This document shows, piece after piece, positions 19,523 to 28,771 of a stretch of DNA of 64,000 nt. The DNA is taken from positions 2,390 through 66,389 of the IMG/VR virus record IMGVR_UViG_3300025326_000029; one strand, written 5' to 3'. The notes under the pieces are model-generated. The model worked only from the letters and a program-made list of their open reading frames with translations. It had not been told where the DNA came from and did not search any database. A program made the position numbers and the translations under genes. The DNA is from a virus. The stretch's first letter is position 1. Each line of letters opens with the position of its first letter.

Positions 19523-20007
19523 GATGCTTCATCACATAAAAATTCTTTGCCATCGCAACTTCCACACCAGCGAACATGGCGATCAAGCTCATCTTCCGCC
19601 CAGGCAAGCAGACCAGGGTCTTCCGATTCAATCCGCTCAACCAATTCACCCAAGACAAAGATTCTGTATGAATCGAGCGCTCTAGCATCAACGCCGCACA
19701 TTTGCGCGACAGCTTCTACTGGTGGAAGCTTCCTTTCAGCATTCTGCGCTCGCATAGTGACTGTCAGCCAATCTCGAGAGAGCAGGACTAGCACATTAGC
19801 TTGCTCACGCTGCAAAACAAATCGCGCCGCCAACTCTCTCGGATTGGCTTCTGCCAGTCTCTTCGGGAGGGGGAACGCCTCAAAAAGACCAGCTTCTAGC
19901 ACGACGCTTACTTGTCGCCGTGTCAACCCTTTCAGGAGATAGCAGCAAACAAGCAGCTTCCACGGTTCGCGTGCATACGTCTCCTGAAGAAGTTTTTCTA
20001 TAACCAC
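19495..20007 (-). CDS. HhH-GPD DNA glycosylase, MBD4-like
   Basis: PWKLLV, degenerate HhH (MCGVDARA), DSYRIF, downstream ED..L..W. Confidence 0.75.
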   Translation of the reverse strand: MVIEKLLQETYAREPWKLLVCCYLLKGLTRRQVSVVLEAGLFEAFPLPKRLAEANPRELAARFVLQREQANVLVLLSRDWLTVTMRAQNAERKLPPVEAVAQMCGVDARALDSYRIFVLGELVERIESEDPGLLAWAEDELDRHVRWCGSCDGKEFLCDEASWLYGLVSR

Positions 20008-20095
20008 TCAAATGCTTCAATCTGACTGACAAGCATCCAAGTAGATATAAATCCTTGCATGCCACAAGTAATAACCAATTCTCGCGCCATATTAA

Positions 20096-20821
20096 CTACG
20101 TTCTTGTCGCGAGAAAAGGATTCACTTCATGTTGTACGCTCGAAGAACTTTGTGCCTGCCAAGCAGTTTGCCCCTTCCCCCAATCATCCAATGACGGGGG
20201 TGTCGCTCGTTCGCGCAAATCAGGCTTAGCTTCTGCAAGCTTACGATCTTCATCGGACATCGGCGTAGCCCGTGTCTCTCCATCTTCACCGACAACAGGC
20301 TCGATGTAATACTTCGTATTATTCATATTCGCACCCCTACGTTCGATCCGAAAATCTCTCGTTGTAAGACCTTTGTAGGTTGCATTCTTACCGTCAAGCT
20401 CTTCAAAAACGGTAATTCCAGCCTCCCAAGTAAAAATCTGATCTGCTCTCCCTTCGAAAATAACTTGATTCATCGCGTCACGAACAACATTATTTTGTTC
20501 ATCGCGTTTTGCGACCGGAGCATCACGATAAATCAAATTTACCCAACCACGAAAACGACGAGAATATTGGTTAGCACAACCTGGACAAGCTTCGCCTTTC
20601 CGTTGCTGATCGCGACAAGGGATATGATCTCCAGGTTTGCGTCCATCTCCTCGCGGCACCTCATGACACCACGCCCAAACAACTTCTTCGTCTTGCTCCA
20701 AAAAACGAACGACGGCGCTTTCGCCGTCTCTCAATCTAAAAAACTTACCACCGCCGCCAGACGCCAATTTTGCATTTCTTTCTGCAGCTGCCTGTCGGAC
20801 GCCGTCAAATCCCTGTGGCAT
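20096..20821 (-). CDS. Single-stranded DNA-binding protein (T4 gp32-like); start moved to MPQGFDG
   Basis: FFRLRDGESAVVRFL, H..C..CPGC Zn site, RDFRIERRG..NTKY; AAGGAG RBS. Confidence 0.8.
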   Translation of the reverse strand: MPQGFDGVRQAAAERNAKLASGGGGKFFRLRDGESAVVRFLEQDEEVVWAWCHEVPRGDGRKPGDHIPCRDQQRKGEACPGCANQYSRRFRGWVNLIYRDAPVAKRDEQNNVVRDAMNQVIFEGRADQIFTWEAGITVFEELDGKNATYKGLTTRDFRIERRGANMNNTKYYIEPVVGEDGETRATPMSDEDRKLAEAKPDLRERATPPSLDDWGKGQTAWQAQSSSSVQHEVNPFLATRT

Positions 20822-20983
20822 GATACTCCTTCCGTCCTGATTTAATACTATTACGCGAAATGAAGGCACAACCAACTGGCAAGACGCCATTTTCGAGCCA
20901 TCACCCGCACACTGTCTTCTTATATCTTGATACATGACCAAAGCGAGCGCAAGGGCAAACTTCTCGCAAATTGCGGTTGTTGA

Positions 20984-22069
20984 CTACAGATGAAGCAATC
21001 GCTCTAGCTCAAGTAGCTGAAACGACCTTGCTGCAGCAATTCGCTCTCGCCAATAGTCACCGTCACGTAGCTGCGCAGGATCAAAGCCACCGCCATCAAC
21101 AACAGCAGTAGGCATGACGGCAGAGAGTCTCGTTCCGATTCCCTGGCGCCAACGACTGCCATAGAGCGCGATCTCTCCCGCCTCATCAGCGTCCAGGAGC
21201 AAGACGAGACGCTCACAGTAAGAGCGCAGGAGCTTAAGCTGCTGATCTGAGAGGTAGCTCCCAGGAAGTCCCACAGCGTTGGCGATCCCCTCCTGACGCA
21301 GAGCGACAGCATTCAGCTCCCCTTCGACGAGAACAAGCGCGCCGGAGCCAAGATCAGCCGAATGAAGGCCGTACACGAGGCCAGCTAACGCTGGCAGAGG
21401 GAAGCCGTATCGAACCGGACCGCCCTCACGATCACCAAGCACCCTGTATCGAGGCTGCTCATCGAGAACATGTGTTCGCGCCTTGAAACCGATCAACCGT
21501 CCTATGTGATCGCGTAGAGCGAAGCAGAGCCTGCCGGTAAGAGGATCGCAACCAAACTCATGTCGATCCAGGATCTCGGCAGAGAAGCCACGCATGAAGG
21601 CATATGAAACCCAGCCAGGAACACGTACGCCAGAGCGCCAAGCTTCCTCAGCGGCGCTCCAGTCTGTCGCCCGTTCCTGCAAGAAGACTTCTGGAAGAGG
21701 CTGTACAACCTCCTCCGAGGCTGTTCGCTTCGGGCGAAGGATTGCCTCAAGTTCATCCAACAGACTGCTCGCTGACTCTTTGAAGCCGTTTTCATAGCGC
21801 TCACGCAACCATCTAGCAGCGAGAAGAGGAGAACAGCCTTCAAGCTCAGCAAGAAACGTAATAGCGTTCCCTTGTGCGCCACAACTCCAACACTTAAAAG
21901 CTGTTGTTTTTAGACTCATGGCCGCACTAGGATTTTGATCGCCGCGTCTGTGATCGGGGAATGGACAACTATAATTCGCCTGCAACCCTCTATTCGAACC
22001 TACAACAGAGATATTTCTGATCCCCAACGACTCCAACATATCAATCACATCAATAGAAGCAATGTCCAC
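20984..22069 (-). CDS. dnaG: DNA primase (CHC2 Zn finger + TOPRIM)
   Basis: CPFPDH..CWSCG, GFKAR, LVEGELNA, LDADEAG. Confidence 0.92.
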   Translation of the reverse strand: MDIASIDVIDMLESLGIRNISVVGSNRGLQANYSCPFPDHRRGDQNPSAAMSLKTTAFKCWSCGAQGNAITFLAELEGCSPLLAARWLRERYENGFKESASSLLDELEAILRPKRTASEEVVQPLPEVFLQERATDWSAAEEAWRSGVRVPGWVSYAFMRGFSAEILDRHEFGCDPLTGRLCFALRDHIGRLIGFKARTHVLDEQPRYRVLGDREGGPVRYGFPLPALAGLVYGLHSADLGSGALVLVEGELNAVALRQEGIANAVGLPGSYLSDQQLKLLRSYCERLVLLLDADEAGEIALYGSRWRQGIGTRLSAVMPTAVVDGGGFDPAQLRDGDYWRERIAAARSFQLLELERLLHL

Positions 22070-22093
22070 AAGTCACACCTTCGTTATAAGTTC

Positions 22094-22276
22094 CTACAGT
22101 ACGTCCCCGACCCTGAACCCATACTCTTCTTCTTCATCAAGCAGTGGCAGATCAATAGCGCATTCAATATGCACCCAAAGATCAGATTCTGTTTCAAAAT
22201 AATCAATATCATCGCCCTCATAAATATCTTCACCACACACATAACAACGTCCATCATAAGGAGCCTTTAGCATCAT
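22094..22276 (-). CDS. Small Zn-binding protein
   Basis: CYVCG...HIEC; ATGA overlap. Confidence 0.65.
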   Translation of the reverse strand: MMLKAPYDGRCYVCGEDIYEGDDIDYFETESDLWVHIECAIDLPLLDEEEEYGFRVGDVL

Positions 22277-23520
22277 GCACCTCCGTTAACGACTCTTGGA
22301 GCAAACGATTTTTCTAGCGACCATTCAGAAAAGTCCATATATTCCATGTCCCAGTGCATCAATACTGGAGGGCAGAGATCGCCGTCTCTATTTTTTAGAA
22401 TTCTTACTTCCATCCTTTTTTCTTCTCGCATCTCTTTCGTTTGATGAAGACCGAAAACAATATCAGAATCTTGTCCGATTGATCTTGCATAAGCAATATT
22501 ATCAAGTTGAGCGCCAACGTTAAAGCTGGCAATATTCGTCTGGGCGACGCCAAAATAAGGAATGCGAAGAGAGCGTGCGCTCCACTTCAATTGACCAGTG
22601 ATGTGTGTGACTCGCTCCCAAAGCGAAGCTCCAGAAGTTTTAGGAGCGTCAAGCAGAGAAATATAATCTATTCCGACTAAATCAGGTCTATATTTTACAG
22701 CTTCTGCGTAAACTCTATCAACCGTCGCCTTTCCCAAATTATCAAGTATGATAATATCATTAGAAGCATTTTTAGCTTTTTCAGCGGCTGCTTGCAGTCG
22801 TTCAATATCGTTTTTTTCAAGATTGCCAGACTTAAGTGCTCTATATTCAACTCTAGCAGCCATTGCATCAAGTTTTCTCAAGATAGCAGATGCTTCCATC
22901 TCTAATGAAATCAAGAGAGGTTTATATCCTTCGCAGTAGGCGCTAAAAAAAATGTGCAACAATAGCGACGATTTTCCAGATCCCTGCCATCCGACAATAG
23001 ACACATATTCATGCGGGCGTATCCCCAGCGTTAATTCATTAAAAGTAGGTATACCTAGAGTGAGTCCACGACTGGTCCGCTCAAGATATTTTGCTAGCCT
23101 TGTGTCAGCATGTTTATATTGAGAAACAAGCGAGCTAGGAAGCGCTTTAGCTAATTGTCGCGCCGCATCGTAAAAAATTGAGTCAATATTGTTCACTCGC
23201 TCATCTTCTGTTGCCTGTATTACTTCACGAAGCGATTCTATTGCCATCCTACGTTTTACCTCACGAAAAAAACAATCTCTAACGTAAGACAGAGGATCAG
23301 AAACAATTGGAAGCTCCCAATCAGGAAAAGCATCTGTAACGGCTCGTATCGATGGACAAGCATTGTACTGACGCTTGTATTCAACAAGATGGGACCAAAC
23401 TTTAGCGCAGGCAGAATCTTTAAAATGGTGCTCCTCCACACCATACGTAATAAGCTCTTCCAGCATCCCGGTGTGAACACACTTCGAGAGAAGCCTGTGT
23501 TCAATATCACCTATCACCAT
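22273..23520 (-). CDS. dnaB: DnaB-like replicative helicase
   Basis: GWQGSGKS, ISLEM, IDYISLL, AQTN, SIGQDSD, KNRDG. Confidence 0.93.
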   Translation of the reverse strand: MVIGDIEHRLLSKCVHTGMLEELITYGVEEHHFKDSACAKVWSHLVEYKRQYNACPSIRAVTDAFPDWELPIVSDPLSYVRDCFFREVKRRMAIESLREVIQATEDERVNNIDSIFYDAARQLAKALPSSLVSQYKHADTRLAKYLERTSRGLTLGIPTFNELTLGIRPHEYVSIVGWQGSGKSSLLLHIFFSAYCEGYKPLLISLEMEASAILRKLDAMAARVEYRALKSGNLEKNDIERLQAAAEKAKNASNDIIILDNLGKATVDRVYAEAVKYRPDLVGIDYISLLDAPKTSGASLWERVTHITGQLKWSARSLRIPYFGVAQTNIASFNVGAQLDNIAYARSIGQDSDIVFGLHQTKEMREEKRMEVRILKNRDGDLCPPVLMHWDMEYMDFSEWSLEKSFAPRVVNGGA

Positions 23521-24965
23521 TTCTCCACTGAAGTATTACCATCAGGAAGCCAACCAGGCTCCTCTTTCTCAGGATAAATAATGCCATCAGGAAGCCAACT
23601 GTCTTCTGGCTCTCCAAGCGTTATAAACTTTTGCCGCCTTCTTTCCTCTTCAGGTATGCCACTCACAAGAAACTGTTCGAATTCATCCATAAAGCTTCCT
23701 ACTGGCTCTCTAAACTCAGGGCGCGTAGGTGGCTCTGATAAGGGTTGAACAAAATAAGCAGGACGCTGAAGTTCTGTCGCTTGCTCTGCATATGTTTCCT
23801 CTTCTTCCTTCTCTGCCACCATATCTTCTTCAGCCAACGTTTTCCACATGTTATCTTCACAAGCTGTTTTCCTTATTACAGCTTGTTCAATCTTTTTATC
23901 TCGCTCAAGATTGATATTGCACTCCCTCAATTGCTCATACTTCTCACAAATATAAGCTTCATAAGCCTCTTTCAACTCATCCTCTGTCATATCTCTCCCC
24001 ACTAACTCTTGTTCTAAATCATCAAGAACATCCATTATTATTGTATTATGAGTATTATAAGCATCACTCTCCATTTTAAATTTATGATACTCCTCCTCAA
24101 TTTCTTCATCCCAGTACTCTTCCTGATTTATACTAAGTTGGTAACTGCTAACATCGTTTCTTTTCCTAGAGCAAATGTCACCGGCTGAAGCTTGCCGAGC
24201 TTCCACAGCTTCGCGTGTTTCTAGGAAGGAGCGAACTGAGGCCGAGCAGAGCGAGGCCGAAGCTTCGCTCGTTACTAGGAAGGTGGATGAGAGAGTGGCC
24301 GGAATTTGAATTTCTCGCGCGCGCGTGTCTCGTTCTCTTGGTTCGTTAGAACCAAGAGTCTCGTGTTCTTCCTTCCCCGTAGGGGAAGTCTCGTACATAG
24401 TGTTCATGAGATCGCTGCCATAGTGTTCATCCATAGTGTTCATGGCTGTTGTCTTCTCTGGCGACCGGAACAACTCTTCTGTTGCCTTCTGTGCAGACAA
24501 ATACTGCCTAGCAACCGTCTCTTTAGCCGTCCGGTAGCGTCCGTTGCGACGGGTCGGGGGACCATCTTGGAACGCCTCCGGCCTCACGTAGATCACACCG
24601 TGGCTCCGGCATTTGTGTGTTAGGCTACGCCAGCGCCAGATGTGCTGACGCTGAATCAACCCGGTTTGCTCTGCAAGGCGGAACGTTCTTCTCACCGCCT
24701 GCTCGCTGATCGAGAGATCGCCTGCGATCCGACTGATACTGGTGTAAACAGCAAAACCCATTTTTGGGCTTGCATAGCGAAGCAGGATCTGCAATAATCG
24801 TTTCCGGTAGAACTCGGGCAACCGCAGGAACGGCGCCGTGTCCATGACGTGCTGCACGAACCTCGTGGTTGTCCGAACGTGATACTCTGGACGCCTAGAA
24901 ACTTCGATCAGCGGCAAGAGTTCATCCATAACGAACTCAACCTGAGGGGATTTTCTATTAGTCAT
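23514..24965 (-). CDS. Replication initiator-like protein (N-terminal winged HTH, acidic C-terminus)
   Basis: YTSISRIAGDLSISEQAVRRTFRLAEQTGLI HTH; directly upstream of dnaB; AAGGAGG RBS. Confidence 0.65.
   Translation of the reverse strand: MTNRKSPQVEFVMDELLPLIEVSRRPEYHVRTTTRFVQHVMDTAPFLRLPEFYRKRLLQILLRYASPKMGFAVYTSISRIAGDLSISEQAVRRTFRLAEQTGLIQRQHIWRWRSLTHKCRSHGVIYVRPEAFQDGPPTRRNGRYRTAKETVARQYLSAQKATEELFRSPEKTTAMNTMDEHYGSDLMNTMYETSPTGKEEHETLGSNEPRERDTRAREIQIPATLSSTFLVTSEASASLCSASVRSFLETREAVEARQASAGDICSRKRNDVSSYQLSINQEEYWDEEIEEEYHKFKMESDAYNTHNTIIMDVLDDLEQELVGRDMTEDELKEAYEAYICEKYEQLRECNINLERDKKIEQAVIRKTACEDNMWKTLAEEDMVAEKEEEETYAEQATELQRPAYFVQPLSEPPTRPEFREPVGSFMDEFEQFLVSGIPEEERRRQKFITLGEPEDSWLPDGIIYPEKEEPGWLPDGNTSVEKW
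24396..24443. repeat. Three copies of CATAGTGTTCAT (candidate iterons)
   Basis: Exact 12-mers at 24396, 24419 and 24432, not all in the same codon phase. Confidence 0.75.
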
Positions 24966-25000
24966 GGTGCCTCCTTCTCAGCGCGGGTTACATGGATGAC

Positions 25001-25046
25001 AAAAGGGGGAGCGAAGCCCGTGCGGCTCTCGCTCCCCCCTTTTTTT
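25001..25046. terminator. Intrinsic terminator-like hairpin, possibly bidirectional
   Basis: AAAA-GGGGGAGCGA...TCGCTCCCCC-C-T7. Confidence 0.75.
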
Positions 25047-25105
25047 CATGATGTTGAGCGGGTAGCTGCGAAGAACGTGTCCCAAGCCACCACATCAGAC
25101 CCGCC

Positions 25106-25114
25106 AGTTTATCA
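25106..25114 (-). promoter_or_regulatory. Candidate extended -10 promoter for the replication operon
   Basis: TGA-TAAACT on the minus strand; same -10 hexamer as at 33276. Confidence 0.4.
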
Positions 25115-25174
25115 TCATTCGAGCTACCGGCCTAGAGAACTATTGTCATCTTTTGTCTACGGCGGAAGGGACTC

Positions 25175-25360
25175 ATGAGCATCACTCACACTTGGCCGGG
25201 AGAGAGTGACATGCGTCAAGCGATAGCCGAGCTAGAGGTCTTGCTAGGCGAGACTCCAGACATCACTGCTGAGGTCAAGGCGTACATTGAAGTTCTTGAC
25301 GCCTTCGACAAGCTCACCGCAGCCCTCAAACGTTTCGATGATCTCAGAAAGAGGTCATAG
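25175..25360 (+). CDS. Small helical hypothetical protein
   Basis: 61 aa, GGAAGGG RBS. Confidence 0.6.
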   Translation: MSITHTWPGESDMRQAIAELEVLLGETPDITAEVKAYIEVLDAFDKLTAALKRFDDLRKRS

Positions 25361-25374
25361 GCGCTGTTCCTGAT

Positions 25375-25480
25375 GGCGCCGCTCTCACCCTCCCCCTCGA
25401 GGGCGGCGTCTCCTTCACCCACGATCTTCCGCCGATCCGCTCTTCCTGGAGATACAAATGCGGATCGGCGGAGAAGGAGG
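25375..25480 (+). promoter_or_regulatory. Structured leader: two hairpins plus an anti-SD helix
   Basis: 12-bp stem 25375-86/25399-410; perfect 13-bp stem 25428-40/25460-72; TCTCCTTC complementary to GAAGGAGG. Confidence 0.6.
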
Positions 25481-25489
25481 TCATCGTAG

Positions 25490-25681
25490 ATGGCCACTAC
25501 AGATGACGAAGTCTGCATCCGCGTCGACAGCGAGCACCTTGATTCCCTGCTCGCGGCCTACCGGCTGATCGGCGCCATCGCCGAGGTGTCGCCGCTCAAC
25601 CGCACCTACACGCAGACGCTCGACGATCTCGACGAGCTGATCGGCCGCGTCCGCTACGAGATGCTGCGCAGCACGCCATGA
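25490..25681 (+). CDS. Small hypothetical protein
   Basis: 63 aa, AAGGAGG RBS, ATGA overlap with next gene. Confidence 0.65.
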   Translation: MATTDDEVCIRVDSEHLDSLLAAYRLIGAIAEVSPLNRTYTQTLDDLDELIGRVRYEMLRSTP

Positions 25682-26118
25682 ACAGCTATCCATCGCAACC
25701 CCGCGCCTTTGGCTGGATTGCGGTCTGGGTTCTCGCGCTGATTCTGCTCTTCGGCTCAATCGGCATCGGCCTTTGGGTCTTCGGCGTGTTCACGGCTGAT
25801 ATCAGAGGCGCCGGGAATGCGATCAAGCAACGTCAATCGGCGGTAAATCGCATCCAGAAGCAGGAGTTGTTCGAGCAACTCGCCGCCGACTATGAAGGCT
25901 ACCTCAGCAAGATCGCCATCGCCGAGGGCGCGCTAACGCAGGCAGCAAAGACAGGGGATAGCGTCAATGCTGGGCTGCGCCAGACCGAACTCCTCGGCCT
26001 TCGCCAGACCTGCGTTGACGCTGCCCAGCAGTTCAACGCCGAGTCACGCAAGTACACGGCTCGCATCTGGAAATCGGCCGGTCTTCCCCTGACCCTCGAT
26101 CCGGCTGACTGTCGCTAG
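25678..26118 (+). CDS. Membrane-anchored protein with coiled-coil domain
   Basis: N-terminal TM helix; C..AAQQFNAESRK motif. Confidence 0.75.
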   Translation: MNSYPSQPRAFGWIAVWVLALILLFGSIGIGLWVFGVFTADIRGAGNAIKQRQSAVNRIQKQELFEQLAADYEGYLSKIAIAEGALTQAAKTGDSVNAGLRQTELLGLRQTCVDAAQQFNAESRKYTARIWKSAGLPLTLDPADCR

Positions 26119-26127
26119 GAGGGCGAA

Positions 26128-26655
26128 ATGAGAAGGTTCATCATCATCGCGAGTGCGATTCTGATTGTCAGTGTGGTCGGCGCTAGCTATGCGTTTGCTG
26201 GCAAGCCGGACTGGTTCAAGCAGCAAGAGCTTGTGTCAGATTCGATCGCAAAGCAGCAGATCGCCGCAGTGCCCTATCCGCAGGCGCAGATGCGCGACTC
26301 GCTCGAGCGGCGCAATCTGCGCGAGCGGCTTCTACGCTTCAACAAGCCGCAGAAGATCGGTTACCTGTACCTGATGTCATTCGGCAAGTTCGTCGGCTAC
26401 TACGTGGTCAAGGGAAAGATCAGCTCAACGCAGTCGCAGATGACGAACTTGGTACAGACGTGGGAGGCAAGCAAGGACCAGGATACTATCGTGCCGTCGG
26501 TTGGCGACGACGGTTCCTTTGGCGAGAACGAGGGCGGCTCGGCTGGGATCTTCTTCTTTACCGCTCAAGGCGTTCTCGTTGAGACGACGCTGGATTGGGT
26601 CTACTCCGATGCACCGCTGAACGTCGATGTTCCTAACCTGCTCAAGCGGCCATGA
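26128..26655 (+). CDS. Secreted or membrane-anchored conserved phage protein
   Basis: Signal peptide MRRFIII...AFA; SLERRNL, GYYVVKGKISS, DDGSFGENE, GIFFFT; GGAGG RBS. Confidence 0.75.
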   Translation: MRRFIIIASAILIVSVVGASYAFAGKPDWFKQQELVSDSIAKQQIAAVPYPQAQMRDSLERRNLRERLLRFNKPQKIGYLYLMSFGKFVGYYVVKGKISSTQSQMTNLVQTWEASKDQDTIVPSVGDDGSFGENEGGSAGIFFFTAQGVLVETTLDWVYSDAPLNVDVPNLLKRP

Positions 26656-26834
26656 GCGCGCCCTACGCCTGCGAGTTGTGCGGCAGCGACCACAAAAGCG
26701 GTCGCGAGTGGCTGGTCTGGGCCTCATTCGATAGGCAACCCAAGCGCATCCGGGTGTACCTCTGCGACCTGTGTTTGGACGAGGTCGCTCGCGGACAAGT
26801 GCCGGGAGTCAGTTCTTCTTGGGAATGGAGCTAA
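26652..26834 (+). CDS. Small Zn-finger protein
   Basis: CELCG...CDLC; ATGA overlap. Confidence 0.6.
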   Translation: MSAPYACELCGSDHKSGREWLVWASFDRQPKRIRVYLCDLCLDEVARGQVPGVSSSWEWS

Positions 26835-27124
26835 CTAAATGTTACGTTGTCGTTGGCTATCGTCACGGTCCAACCAACATCGCGGAATTGCTGTGCTACT
26901 TGTTGAACGGCTGTGCGCCCAGCTCTCAAGCGACAAGTCTTGAGAATTCTACCAAATTCTGAATCTGCGGCTCCTTCTAAGAGTTCTACCGAACCACCAG
27001 GAGTCCATTCTTCCTGAAGTTTAACATTAATTGCTTGAACTAGACTGTCTATAGCATTTTCTGTTCGCTCTTGTGAAAATGCTGTAGCTTCTATTTTCGT
27101 TAATGGCTCTACCATTATTATCAT
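26831..27124 (-). CDS. Hypothetical protein
   Basis: 97 aa, AAGGA RBS; ends FRDVGWTV. Confidence 0.6.
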   Translation of the reverse strand: MIIMVEPLTKIEATAFSQERTENAIDSLVQAINVKLQEEWTPGGSVELLEGAADSEFGRILKTCRLRAGRTAVQQVAQQFRDVGWTVTIANDNVTFS

Positions 27125-27134
27125 TCCTTTTTTA

Positions 27135-27614
27135 TTAAGCTAGTCGATAACCTTCCGCGCAAATAACAGCAGGTGGGTCACCATCAGCTACAAGTGTTAT
27201 ATTTTCAAAATCTGCTTCTCGCATTTTCTTCTTGAGCAACGTCGTTGTGAATCCCGCCATATGAACATCAAACTCGTCTTTACGATGACCGCCAAAGATA
27301 TAATAAACAGCCATTTCTTCGTCAATTTCTCCACTAAGAAGCGCTTCTGCTTGCCACTCTAAATTAGGCACTTCTAAATATATACTTCCTCCTGTGTTCA
27401 ACAACTGCCACCAAATTCTTAATATCGAGACTGTTTCTGTGTAACTAAAATGCTCTAAAAGATGACAGGCTCGCACTTTGGTGCAGCTATTAGCAGGTAC
27501 ATAATTAAGAATGTCTCGTGCGTCGCAAATGAATTCAATATCAGGCAGCGAGCGAATATCTTGATGCGTATAGCCAGGATATGGACGGTCCCCTGATCCT
27601 AGTTCTAGCTGCAT
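27135..27614 (-). CDS. Class I SAM-dependent methyltransferase
   Basis: LELGSG, HLLEHF, LNTGGSIYLEVP. Confidence 0.85.
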   Translation of the reverse strand: MQLELGSGDRPYPGYTHQDIRSLPDIEFICDARDILNYVPANSCTKVRACHLLEHFSYTETVSILRIWWQLLNTGGSIYLEVPNLEWQAEALLSGEIDEEMAVYYIFGGHRKDEFDVHMAGFTTTLLKKKMREADFENITLVADGDPPAVICAEGYRLA

Positions 27615-27617
27615 AAT

Positions 27618-28136
27618 TTACGCTCTTATCGCCCAGATAGAGTAGGCTTCACGACGTTCTTCATCCTGGAATAACTCTTTGATGTTCCAACTTGATTCTT
27701 TCATCACGAGTTCAATGAGTTCTCTGTCCCACCCGAAAAGATGCTCTCGCGGGACTGGCGGTAGAGTTGCTTCATCTACTGAACGCCAGTTTGTAAGTTG
27801 ATCGTCGCAGGGAATAGTAACACAAAGTTTTTGTGCAACTCTTGAGGCTTCTGTTAGCGCTCGAGTAGCTTCAGAACGAGAAAGATGTTCCAAGATCTCA
27901 CACATCACCACGAGTTCTGCTGAATTGTCTTCGAACGGCCAAGTCTTGGTGGCATCCATCACTATATCGATTGCGATGGAGCCGCCCATATCAAAGTCTG
28001 TCTCTAAGATGTCGCAATTGAGAACGCGAGCACCAAAGCTTGCTTTGAGTCTAGCGGGATCTTCTTTCGAGCCGACATTCAGAACGACACCTTCTGTTCG
28101 AGAGACGCACTCCCATTGCCAAGCTAGCCTATCCAT
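27618..28136 (-). CDS. Class I SAM-dependent methyltransferase
   Basis: VLNVGS, DATKTWPFEDNS, EILEHL. Confidence 0.85.
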   Translation of the reverse strand: MDRLAWQWECVSRTEGVVLNVGSKEDPARLKASFGARVLNCDILETDFDMGGSIAIDIVMDATKTWPFEDNSAELVVMCEILEHLSRSEATRALTEASRVAQKLCVTIPCDDQLTNWRSVDEATLPPVPREHLFGWDRELIELVMKESSWNIKELFQDEERREAYSIWAIRA

Positions 28137-28771
28137 TCACGCTTGAAACCGAACTCGATGCAATGTTCAATATTGGGACCTTTCATCGTAACCATCTCTG
28201 TCTCAAAGCCTAATGCAGCAATGTCTCTAAGACACTCAAGTGGTTCGTACTCATAATGTGTCTCAACGCTGAGGCAACGTACTTGTTTGATCCATTGTGC
28301 GTTAATAGAAGACTCAAATAAACTTCTTTCCATACCTTCAATGTCGAATTTCATAAAATCAATAGTTTTACCACTTAGATTTGCGAAGTCGAGAAAAGAA
28401 TCGAGCGTTAAACAGCTTTGACCTTTATCTGAATCTTCTGCCTGCACGATGTTGTGCATATTTGTTGCAGGAGAATCGTAGCGACACCAGCCGTCCCAAA
28501 TGGCGATACCTATGTTGTAGACAGTCGCTTGCTTGTAAGCGGTTAAGTTCTCTACAGCAAGCTCCCAGTTGCCTCGATCAAGTTCCGCGCCAATTACTTT
28601 GGCCTCTGGGAATTTTTTACAGTAATCGATCATCGTTAGGCCGATATTAGCGCCTAGATCAACGATCAGTTTAACGTCTTTAAGCCAGTTTGGTGGGAGA
28701 TGGAAGCCATATTCAACATCTACCGCTGTACATTTATCTGTATCGTCGCGCAGTCTTACCATAATGCCCAT
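28124..28771 (-). CDS. FkbM-family methyltransferase
   Basis: IVDLGANIG, TLD, IDFMKFDIEGME, VETH. Confidence 0.9.
   Translation of the reverse strand: MGIMVRLRDDTDKCTAVDVEYGFHLPPNWLKDVKLIVDLGANIGLTMIDYCKKFPEAKVIGAELDRGNWELAVENLTAYKQATVYNIGIAIWDGWCRYDSPATNMHNIVQAEDSDKGQSCLTLDSFLDFANLSGKTIDFMKFDIEGMERSLFESSINAQWIKQVRCLSVETHYEYEPLECLRDIAALGFETEMVTMKGPNIEHCIEFGFKREWIG

Noticed and set aside
27135-28771. Methyltransferases as DNA methyltransferases
   Set aside because: No DPPY/NPPY or PCQ catalytic motifs; they are short small-molecule/sugar-type enzymes
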